From NCBI GenBank assembly GCA_964016885.1, contig OZ024743.1, positions 165,664,001 through 165,728,000 on the forward strand: 64,000 bases of DNA. Reading direction: 5' to 3'. The stretch's first letter is position 1. Each line of letters begins with the position of its first letter. This DNA comes from Eledone cirrhosa. Lineage: Eukaryota. A program made the position numbers and the translations under genes. The notes below the pieces were generated by a model. The model saw only the letters and a list, made by a program, of their open reading frames with translations, ran no database searches and was not told where the DNA came from. Positions 12,649-26,110 of the stretch are shown here, one piece after another.

Positions 12649-12746
12649 ACTGCAAACAAGACAATGCAGTCAATACAAACGTTTTCTCTTCTGCCCATCT
12701 TCTCTTATCCTTTGTTAACCTTGGCGAAGCTGGGTACCTCAGCTAG
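12231..12746 (+). mobile_element. Helitron 3' end (PIF1-helicase C-terminus, hairpin, CTAG terminus)
   Basis: RLSFVITINKAQGQTLKVAGLHL, then after a frameshift HGQLYVGCSRLSSPNNLFIFDPEGRTKNIVYSEAL*; hairpin CCTTGGC-GAA-GCTGGG at 12719-12734; CTAG at 12743-12746 followed by T. Confidence 0.9.
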
Positions 12747-12913
12747 TATATATATATATTATATATATATATTATTTATATATATATATTATTTATATAT
12801 ATATATTATATATATAAATGAAGTATTTCCGTCGGAAAGGTACAGGAAAAAAGAGTGCTCTATGTAGGCTACAGAGCTTATTAGTTATGTAATAAACAAC
12901 ATAAGATAATTAT

Positions 12914-12972
12914 TTCATTTACCAGTGGTTTCTTGAGGGCAGATGTTGTGTGTCTTCAGTCGTCAGACTGAA
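12914..12972 (-). ncRNA. Type I hammerhead ribozyme-like motif
   Basis: uucagu CUGACGA [weak stem II] GAAA ccacug GUA aaugaa. Confidence 0.65.
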
Positions 12973-13353
12973 TAAATAACATGGTCTTTCTATTAAATAT
13001 GGATTTGAAAACAAAATTTAGGAATTATGAATGTGAGGCTGAAAAAGCGGGCAAAAAGGAAATAGGGGAAACATATATAAATAAATATGCAGAACATAAA
13101 CATACAGACACTCAGCCACGCGCATATACGTAATAGTACGTAGACGTATACTTTTCACAGAAGCGTATTTGCGTCTACATAGAAAAACGAACAAGAACAT
13201 AAATACATACACATACATATACACAGGTATATATGCACTCAAATATGTACACACAAATACACACACACATACAAAAAGGGGTGTGTATACACACATAAAT
13301 ACATACAAATATACAAACACAAAAACAAAATGCTCTATACATACGCGGACGTG

Positions 13354-13394
<41 letters not shown>

Positions 13395-13441
13395 TGTTAT
13401 ACTTTGGGAGGGTCATGTTGCCAATAAGAAATTCAGAAACG

Positions 13442-13526
<85 letters not shown>

Positions 13527-13616
13527 CAAACACACACACGCGTACACATTCATACCCATACACACATATATACATGCATACACACATACATATATACACA
13601 TATATTTACAAATACA

Positions 13617-13656
<40 letters not shown>

Positions 13657-13666
13657 TATATAAAAT

Positions 13667-13765
13667 ATGTAGTTTAGAAAGCCACAACAATGCAGATGGG
13701 AAATCTCGAGGTAAGAAGTGAGTGAGAAATAGGAGAAAAGTGAAAATGAAAATGAAAACAAAACA
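13667..13765 (-). mobile_element. Solo 3' terminus of the PLE-1 family
   Basis: Reverse complement closely matches 6575-6686 (CTCGAGATTTCCC.TCTGCATTGTTGTGGCTTTCTAAACTAC); inserted in (TA)n. Confidence 0.85.
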
Positions 13766-13801
13766 TATATATATGTATATATATATATATATATACATAT
13801 A

Positions 13802-13884
<83 letters not shown>

Positions 13885-14130
13885 GAATAATCGAGTATCG
13901 AAAAATCGGCGCACGAGTTCACGATAAACAAAATTCGAAATGAGCGGCAGAGGGCTCAATAATTCAGATAAATCAGAGCTATAACTATCGTTAAAATACC
14001 GTCACACATAGAACATGTCTAAAATCAACCATACGACCGAAAAATTGCGATCTGGAAGATTCGGGACACTCAGATAAAATATCAATAAATCAATAAATCA
14101 AATGAATGTATGTATATATATATATATATA

Positions 14131-14660
14131 TGAATAAAATTAGTCCTTCATCAGTGATCTTCCAACTTTCATTGGTATTTCATCGCTTTAAAAATCATAT
14201 ACCTCTGGTTGCAATAACAGATAAAGTTATTGGGACAAGTAAATTAGGGTGAAACGAGCGAGACAAACAACGATGGTATGGCAACGGAAAGAGACAAGCA
14301 CATGAAATTTGTAAGCTTAAGCTTGGTGAATTCATGGGCGAGAGATACAGACCATCCGACATGGGTGAGATGTGAGCGAGAAAAGGATTTCACACAGATC
14401 AAACGGGAGGATGTGAGAGAGGGGGAGAAGCAGAGAGTGAGTGAGTGGAAGTGTGAGGAAGAGACCAGCAGAGAGAGAGTGTGACTGGCAGAGGGGGTAA
14501 AAAGGGGAGAGAGAGTAAGAAAGAAACAGACAATCGCAGCTGAGGAAAAAATATAAATATGAGAAAAATGGATCGCGGCGGGGTTGCACATGGGTTACAT
14601 ATGAATAAAATTAGTCCTTCATCAGTGATCTTCCAACTTTCATGTGGTATTTCATATAAA
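14131..14660 (-). mobile_element. Non-coding unit with about 42-50 bp terminal direct repeats (period about 471 bp); relative at about 6785-7090
   Basis: TGAATAAAATTAGTCCTTCATCAGTGATCTTCCAACTTTCAT at 14131 and about 14602; homologous blocks at 6795-7080. Confidence 0.6.
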
Positions 14661-14716
14661 TTAAAATAAAATAATAAATAAAAGCAACTTAAAAATAAAC
14701 AAATACACACGATATG

Positions 14717-14890
<174 letters not shown>

Positions 14891-14909
14891 CATATATATA
14901 TACATATAT

Positions 14910-15630
14910 AAAATATAATATGTTGAGAAGGTAACACACCAGAGAGAGATATATAGTGCGTTATCAATAATACAGGGAAAAAACCACCAGTGTATGGAAT
15001 CTATAACCTATGAAAGGCAGACTATAGACACGATAATTAAAAATATAAATTAAAGCGTAAATAAATACCTCTATAACTATATAACACATGTACAAATCCA
15101 AAGATATGTTTCACCAGAAAATTTGTTGAAAGAAATGGTCTAGTCTCGGTTCATCAACGTGTGTAAGGCCATACATTTCAGACAACACTAAGAGAATTTT
15201 ACAATTGACTGTCCAGCTACACGTGGGAGAGAGAAGTCACAGCGTGTTTAAGGGCAGTGAGCCAGTGGCCTCTGAGAGACGAACTGCTAGAAAGGGCAGC
15301 CCAAAGCCACTCAGAGAAGTGTGCTCAACCGAACAGAGATAGGAAAGACTGTTGTTAGGAGCGAAATATCACGATAAATTAATGGAGGCATAGGCCGTCG
15401 TTATTCCCTGTAAATAATGTGCTCAAAGGGGAAGAGATCCTGAGCCCTTTAAAATATAATATGTTGAGAAGGTAACACACCAGAGAGAGATATATAGTGC
15501 GTTATCAATAATACAGGGAAAAAACCACCAGTGTATAGAATCTATAACCTATGAAAGGCAGACTATAGACACGATAATTAAAAATATAAATTAAAGCGTA
15601 AATAAATACCTCTATAACTATATAACACAT
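14910..15630 (-). mobile_element. Non-coding unit with about 180 bp terminal direct repeats (period about 540 bp)
   Basis: 14910-15089 is nearly identical to 15451-15630; HHR-like UUGAUGA-acc...ggu-GAAA-cauauc on the minus strand at about 15102-15160; shares blocks with the 11159 unit. Confidence 0.65.
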
Positions 15631-15632
15631 TC

Positions 15633-16182
15633 TCGCTATTTTCAATTTGCAAAGCCCTTTAAACTGTTTGTTATTACTCTAAGGTCTATACCTCGTCGAG
15701 TGCTTGGCTGCACTGCTGAAGGCATTCGTTGGCTTAGCTGAGGCTATGGCTTCGAATATGCTATACTTCCATTTGTATTTTATTGTAGGTTTTTTGTATG
15801 TGGATGTGTGTGTAGATGTTTGTATGTATGTGTATATATATACGTGTGTATATGTAAATATATATATTTATATATATATACATATATATATGTTTATATA
15901 AGTATATAAACATACAAACACACACACATATATGTATATATATATAAATATATATATTTACATATACACACATATATATATACACATACATACAAACATC
16001 TATACACACATCCACATACAAAAAACCTACAATAAAATACAAATGGAAGTATAGCATATTCGAAGCCATAGCCTCAGCTAAGCCAACGAATGCCTTCAGC
16101 AGTGCAGCCAAGCACTCGACGAGGTATAGACCTCAGAGTAATAACAAACAGTTTAAAGGGCTTTGCAAATTGAAAATAGCGA
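15633..16182. repeat. Near-perfect inverted repeat of about 270 bp arms, probably derived from a PLE terminal repeat
   Basis: 15633-15900 is the reverse complement of about 15903-16182 (identical MAALLKAF ORFs on both strands); carries the TACTC...GTCGAGTGCT module. Confidence 0.85.
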
Positions 16183-16694
16183 CCGGTAATTTGGGCGGGG
16201 TCCGTAGCAACGAAAGAACTGACTCGTGATAAAAAATTCATACACATATACATATACATATATATAGATGAATCTCAAAGGTACATAACCCATGTACATA
16301 CGCACACACGCGCACGCAATAAAAAATCAACACACGCATACATATAAACATATACGTAAATCCATACACACATATATACACATATATACAAAAACATATT
16401 TACATACACATACACACATATATATATAAAGTAGATGCGATTTCAGGTGTTCATATAAAATATTTATATTATTTGATCTCGGTTTTACTCCCCCTTGTCC
16501 GTACTTACCCACTACGTTTTTTAAATGTACTCACATAAGGTTGTATGTGGGCGCATATGCAGACAGGCTTATGTGTACATATATACGTGTTTTTATTATT
16601 ATTTTATTTTATACGTATGTGTGTGTGTATGTGTGTTCTTTATGCGTGTTCTTTATGCGTGTACATCTTTTGTATGTATATATATTTATGTATG

Positions 16695-16782
<88 letters not shown>

Positions 16783-17399
16783 GTGTATGCGTATATATAA
16801 GCATAGGGATATTTAATTTGTCGGTTATTCAACAAAAATATATAATTTTATAACTGATTCGAAGCACTCGACAAGTTTTCTGGAGTATAATATCATTTTT
16901 TCATTTTTTTATTTTTTCATTTTTTGGTACCCCCTTTTATACTCCCACCTGCTAGCGCGTGTGTGTATTTATAGTTTGTCTGCCTATATGTTTATGCACA
17001 CACACACGTACGTGTATGCATGCATTCATGTGTTTGTGTGTGTGTATATGTATAGATGTGTGTGTATATTTATGTATACATGTGTGTATATATGTATATA
17101 TATATATCTGTTAGACACGCAGTGACTAACAACAGAATGTTTTAAGTCTGCGTGTCTGACATATATGCGTAGCTTGTGAATAAAAAATTCAAGGGGTGTC
17201 GCTGGCCGTGGTGATCGCTGCCAAACATGTTTTGTAATGTATCTTCTTATTGGCTAATTTCATCGTCTTATTGGCTAATCAACCAACGAGAGTAATTGTT
17301 GCTCAAAAGCAATCGGTATCAATAAAACTAGAGTAGGGCAGGAACTAGTTAAAAAAACTATAAGAGGCAATTAACGGAGGTATCGCAACAGCCGTTCTT

Positions 17400-19700
<2,301 letters not shown>

Positions 19701-19704
19701 CTTT

Positions 19705-20750
19705 TTAACATTGTTCCTCTGTTATAACATTTAGCCCCTTTCCCTTTATATTGCATGACCTTGTTAATCTATCCTTAGTATCTATGTTTTTTAATGTCCT
19801 GTTTAATAAAGACTCAAGTTTCCCGATGTCCTTTCTTATTTCCTTGATTTGATCATTCAACAGCTTCTTCCAACAAGGTTCTGTTTTTTCTCGTCTGAAT
19901 TCCCTTGTTTTGATACCAAGCGATTTTTTCACCATATTTGCGGCCGCTTTAGAGGTGTTGTTACATTGTTGAAAATTCTTCATCTCAAGATATGGAACGA
20001 CCCTGTTGACCTGAGCCGTCGTTTCTTTTAACTTTTTGCTGTCTACAAACCTTATATTCATAAGTTTTCCAATGTCATTATTCATTTCACCCTCGATTAA
20101 ATTCAGAATATCGCCCTAGCCCGTCAGCATTCATTTTCTCATTGGTCGTATCTTTACTCCAGATGTTATGGATCTCAAACATTAGATCATTGTCTTCATC
20201 GGTTATTTCCTCATGTCGCATAACCACTTCACCTTTATTTTCTACTGGCTCATTTGCCTGATTCATTCCGCTTTCTACAGGCTCATTTGCATGATCTACT
20301 CCACCTTCCATTTCCATCTTAATATCTCTACCCAGTTCTTCCAGTTCCAACTTATCCACCCATTAGTTCGTGTTAGACGAGCCTGACCCGGTAGATTTTG
20401 TTTACCTAATTTAAATCGGCCTATTGATTTTATGCATTCGTTTCCTATAGCCTTTTTTAGTGGGATCACTTTTCAGATACGTTTCATTACGGTTATATTC
20501 AATTCCTTCGTCTTGTTCATTCTTGCCTCGTTTCCTTCTCCTTCTTCGGATACCAGTAGTATTTGGATGACAGCCAGATTCCTACTGCTGAGCCAGGGAG
20601 CACTTTTCGGGTAAGAGTCCTTCATATGAAGTTCCAGCCGCATTTTTGACGTTATTTAAACTTTTTAGTTTCAACATTTAAGCACTCATAAAGAGGATTA
20701 GTGAATTTAAGGTTGCACAATGACTAGTATTTTTAACATGATACCATCGC
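19705..20750 (-). mobile_element. 5' portion of an R4/Dong-type RLE non-LTR element
   Basis: Starts directly after (TAA)n; YLKSDPTKKGYRKRMHKI...DKLELEEL...EPCWKKLLNDQIKEIRKDIGKL, the N-terminal region typical of this clade and similar to 35245..35733. Confidence 0.7.

Positions 20751-20800
<50 letters not shown>
20751..20800. repeat. (ATT)n/(TAA)n array; target site between two Dong-type elements
   Basis: Perfect trinucleotide run. Confidence 0.95.
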
Positions 20801-21437
20801 TCATTTATCTGGCTTTATGTTCATACGAATTATCACCAAGTCACAACCAGTGACCTCAAGAGACAACAAGGTTCGCCATATTCAAGAAAGAACACATACA
20901 CACATACATGTTTCTTTAGGTGTTTAGACCTGTGATGTATTTATATTGACAGAATCTTCCTTAGTAAATGAGCAGTTCCCATTAGTACTATCTTTTGTAT
21001 TTCTTCTATACGCGGGTTTCCTGAGATTTGGGATAAGTAATCATTAGACCCCTTACGTGTCATTCCTAGAGCGCCTACAACCACTGGTATTGTTTTAGTT
21101 CTCAACTTCCACATTTTTCCAATTTCTATCTCCAGATCTATATATTTGCTCAATTTTTCAAATGTTTTTATAGATACATTCTTGTCTATAGGAACGGACA
21201 TGTCAATCAGCAGGCATACCCTCTTTTTAAAGTCCTTCAGTATTATGCATCTATTTTTCGGTCTGTTTGGATGCTAAAGTTCCACAAAATTGAGATGTGA
21301 CCTTTTTCAAGTACATGAGGTGGTTGATGCTCCCACCAATTCTTTTGATGGGGCAGGTCAAAATGCTTACACATTACCCAATGTATTTATTGTGCAGCTC
21401 TGTCGTGCCTGTTTAGGTATTCGGTTGGAGCTATAGG
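20801..21437 (-). mobile_element. 3' end of an R4/Dong-type element (RLE domain + 3'UTR)
   Basis: RHD...LIDMSVP...EKLSKY.DL..EI.KMW...IPVVVGALG...QKIVLMGTAHLLRK; close relative of 32811-33470. Confidence 0.9.
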
Positions 21438-21440
21438 CTG

Positions 21441-21746
21441 CATTTTGTTGAAAGATGGGTGAGAGAGGCAAGAATGGCCCGAGTGAATGGGCCTACTCTG
21501 AGTATGGGCCTGTAAATTGAAGGTGGAAAATTGGGAGAGGGCACTTGCCCTGGTGGTCAGGGTCACCGTGGCTTTTTTAATGGGCTTTCTCCACGAGTGT
21601 CCCTCGGAAGTCTCCCCCCTATTGGGGAATATTCCTTTGTTTCTTTTTTGTCATTTTCTTGAAATGCCCATTTGTACCGTCCTGTATTGTCCTGTGCTGT
21701 CTTTAATGTTATACTTTATGTCAACCCTTGTGGTTAATAAAGAAAA

Positions 21747-21790
<44 letters not shown>
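21441..21790 (+). mobile_element. Tx1-clade LINE 3' end with AATAAA and (ATT)n tail
   Basis: Matches 32458-32808 (HFVERWVREARMARVNGPTLS). Confidence 0.88.
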
Positions 21791-21792
<2 letters not shown>

Positions 21793-21799
21793 CATCATT

Positions 21800-24700
21800 A
21801 CTATTATTGGTTGTTGAAGCGAACGGACGTACTATCATGAGCTCCAGTAAGTTTGCTATTTCCGCGGTTTTAAATACTTTTGTTATTAATATTTTTGTTT
21901 CAAAGGGGGCATAAGACTTTAGTCTTAGCCCTCAAGAAAGGACTCCCCCATAATATTTGGGCCTTTGGCCCAAATATTTAAACTTTGTATGTTTTAAAGT
22001 TTTTATCGAGAAAAAAGGTATGGCAGAGCACCCCCCCCCCCCACCCACCCACCCCACACACACACACACCAACAGTATGTCTGCTGTCGTGCGACAAAGG
22101 CTTAAACGTTGAGAGGAGAGATACAGGAAAAATGTATACTTCAAACAGATTTAACAACAACATCCACAAATAATATGAGCAACGGCAGCAACAACAGCAA
22201 CAGTGAGAACACTAACTTTAAAAAAGCAAATGACAACACCAACCACAGCAGTAACAGCGGCAACCAAAAGACAGGCAACAGAAACAATGACACCACCAAC
22301 AAGAATATGAACAGCAACAATACCAACAGAAACAATACCAACTGCACCGAGAACAACAGCGGCACCAAAGATAAAACCAACTGCAACAGCGACAATACCA
22401 GCAACAACAAGAACGACAACAATATCAACAACAGTGACAACCACAACAACAACAACATTAAGAACAATAACAGCGGCAGTAACGACGGAACCACGTAGCA
22501 ACAAGGAGCCGCCCAAGCTACATCATTCACGAAGGCTACCAAAAACATTGAACGAGTAGGCGTCAGTGATAAGGAGATGAGGTAGGCCAAGGTGCTGGTC
22601 AAGAAAACTGGACACAGGGTCAGTCTCACCGACCCACCCGACGGCATGAAACACCGATGTCTGTGAACGGTCTCGTACCGTACACTTGGACTCAAATCGC
22701 GCCAGGTGGAACGGGCTATGGGTGCCGTATGAGCATAGAAAATCTACATAGCCTGAGGATCGAAGTAAGGCACAGTGGATGTTCTCTTCGCTACCGAAGT
22801 ATGGCATAGTGGATGTTCTCTTCGTTACACCCGGAAACGCCACAGCACATTCGATTATGCTACTCCGCAGTGACGAAACAGTGATGGTGCCCACATACCG
22901 CAGCCAGAGAGTCGCGAGGGTCCGAGTGATCCAGGTTCCACCTTCAGTGGAGATCATTTGGCTGATGGCGGCCATCCTCGCTGACGTCGAGGAGTCAACA
23001 ACAATCCTAGACGTCATGCGTATAAGACAGGAAAACTGAGTCAGGCTCAGGGGTGGAGCCAATAATCCAATAAAACCATGAGAGTATCGAGGCCATCCCC
23101 GATATGATCGACCTGGACAACGGCAGCCATCTACCCGTGACTGTCAAAAATATGCATGAACTGGGGTCATCTTGGAAGCAGGGCCACCTGCTCAACCATC
23201 TCAGGTCGCTAAACATAGATATGGTGGCCATCAGTGAGACCAGAATCTCTGACGCACGGACATTCGGACCCTTTCGCACCCATTTTCAGCGGCTACGATA
23301 TATACGCATCTCCCAGCCGTCCGGAAGCGGGGGGCGGAGTTGCTGTGCTTTTTCGGAAAGGCTTGGATCTCGCCATACGGGCCATTTTCCTGGACCTAGA
23401 AGGTAAGTCGGTGGTATTGGACGTGACAGGCAGCGAAGGCAATGCTTTCAGCCTAGTAGCCGTCTACGCTCCAACAGGGGCAGGACGGCCAGATTTCTTC
23501 AGACGTCTAGAGAAATTTCTGGGAACGTCCCGCTCTTTACTGTTAGTGGGTGACTGGAACAGTATCTTAGATGCACGCTGGGATTATGTGGGGCTAGTAA
23601 ATAAGGGAGGAGGATATAAAAGCCTCACGAACCTGCTCAGACGTTTTGAACTGTCTGACAGGTATTGACTTGATTATCCGAATGTGTCAATGTGGACATG
23701 GGCAAACCGCATTGGGTGTTCCAGATCGTTTTGTGACCGCGGCGCAGTATTGCGAAAAGCCGATAACAGGAGGTGAAATACGGGAAGCGATGTCTGACTA
23801 CACGAGGGGTAAATCTCCAGGTGATCTGCCCTACGAGCTTTATGCGTACATGCCAGACTTGTTCGGCGACCTCTTGGCAGATGTCTACTGCAACTGGCAG
23901 CAGATCAGAGCATTCCCAGATTTGTGAGCCGGGGAGCGGTGGTGCTGTTGAGAAAAGACCCGAACAAGGGGATGTTATAGACAACTTCAGGCCCATAACT
24001 CTGTTAAACACAGATTTCAAGATTTTGGCGAAGATGTAACCAACGAGATTAGCGCTTGTCGTCGGTGATCTGGTGGGGGAGGCGCAGATATGCGCCATTC
24101 CAGACAGATCCATCCACGACAACCTCCACCTCATGCGATACATTATAGAGAGTATGGTTAAAGAAACTGACACGGGTGGGGCCCTGATCAACTTGGATCA
24201 ATCTAAGGCATTTGATAGAGTCGACCATCGGTACCTGGCTGCGGTCCTCGAGGCGGCCGATATCGGGCCCACTCTCAGGGGTTAGATCGCTGCGATGCAC
24301 AGCGACATCTGCTCAGATGTCAAAGTGAACGGTCATCTGTCACAGCCGTTCAGCATCATGCGCTCGGTCCACCAGGGTTGTCCCCGCTCGTCGCTCTTGT
24401 ACACATTGGCCCTAGAGCCGTTACTGCACAAATTGGAGGCGATGAGATGCGTCCCACGCGAACTAGGATTTGAGAGATCCGAATCGGCTTACGCCGACGA
24501 CGACACCGTGGTGGTGTCAAGCACCAGACATGTCCAGTTGCTCGGCACCACTTTCAAGGCATATGAAGCAGTGATAGGAGCAGAGTTAAACCAGGAAAAG
24601 TTGGTGGGCTTGCCATCCGACGGCGTCATGGGGCGCTGGACAGAAGGACTGGTTAAATTGCTCGGGGGCTGATTCGGTCCGGTCCTCCAAATGGAGAAAA

Positions 24701-26110
24701 ACTGGAGCGAGGTGACTAGCAGGGTGGCCTCTCTCACCCAGAAATGGGCCGAGAGGAAGCTGTCCCTGAAAGGTCGGGCAGAGGTGGCGAATGCGTTCAT
24801 CGCGTCTGTTATCTGCTACCGCCTAACTGTTGTGCCTTGCCCCGGCCCAACTCTGACGAAAATGGAGCGCCTTCTCTTCCGTTTTTAATGGAAAGGACGT
24901 ACTCCCATTGTCAGACGATACATCTGCTGTCAGTACCCGTTGCGTGGAGGACTGGGCATGCCGTGGCTGATGATGCGCAAACACGCGCTGAGGTTGCGAC
25001 ATCTCTGGTGCTTCCTTGACGGTGAGCAGGTGTGGTCGCTGTGTGCCAGACGTGTTTTTCCCCAGCTCGTCTCATTAACGGAGCTGCAGTCCTGGATCAG
25101 GAAAAGACCGAAGGATAGCGCTTGGAAGCTGGAATGTCTCCAAGCGCACATAGCCTTCTACCAGCTGGACACTAGTATCGGTGGAACATCTACCTCGGCA
25201 TTCTATAGAGAACTAGTGGAGGGGAAGAGCGACGACGTTCTCGGGGAGACCCTGGACGTCGAAGACGATCAGCTGTTCGCCCGCTTCGAGAGAACTTTCA
25301 GACCGGGGCCTATGGACAACTTCCAGAAATCCCTGGCCTGGCAGTGCTACCGAGGAGCGTTGCTGGTTCGGGATAAGCTCTATAGGCACTGAAGTGCCGT
25401 CAGCCGAATTTGTCCGAGATGTGCGCAGGGCGACGAAACCGTTGTGCACGCACTCGTTCAGTGTCCGAACATTGCTGACTTGTGGAGCTATGTCGAACAA
25501 CTGCTGTCACGTGGAGGACGGATCCGGTTATCGACTGAGTCCATTGTGCAGATAGCCCCGCCGTCCTCCTTTAAGGAGGATGAAGGGCAGACAGTTTTCA
25601 TCTGCCTGGTGACCATGGCGAAAGAGATTGTATGGAGGACAAGGTTGAAAGGATTGAAGATGGTCACTTTCTTCTTCTGTGAATCATTGATTAACTTTTT
25701 CAAATTTCACTTGAAGAGGATGGAGGCAAGTGCTATCATCTAGTAAGTTTGTTGAACAGTGGGTGAAAGTGGCGAGTCTGGTTCGAGATAACGGGCCCGT
25801 TCTGAGCATGCGCCTGTAGACTGAGGAGTGTGTGAACTGAGAGAGGGTACTTGCCCTGGTGGTCAGGGTGGCCGTGGTCTTTTGTGTGGTTTTCACCACG
25901 ACTGACCTTCGGAGGTTTTCCCCTTTTTGGGGAATCTTTTTTTGTTTGAATTTTTTTGATTTGTTTTTACACATTTCTATCTTCTTGTTTTAACCTTTTT
26001 TACACGGCCAAAACCCACTTTGTACTGTCCTGTACTGTCCTGTACCGTTCTGTGCCGTCTGTACTGTCCTGTACCGTTCTGTGCCGTCTGTAATGTTCTG
26101 TGCCGTCTGT
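21800..26110 (+). mobile_element. Tx1/L1-clade LINE copy A (ORF1 + APE + RT + Zn knuckle; internal deletions, many stops)
   Basis: ORF1 from ATG at about 22020 (Asn-rich); APE IDMVAISET..GGVAVL..VYAP..GDWN; RT NFRPITLLNTDFKILAK, DQSKAFDRVDH, QGCP, AYADD; CPRC..ETVVHALVQC. Confidence 0.92.

Noticed and set aside
17190-17240. HHR-like CTGGCCG...CAAACATGT
   Set aside because: Both core halves are non-canonical and there is no stem I.
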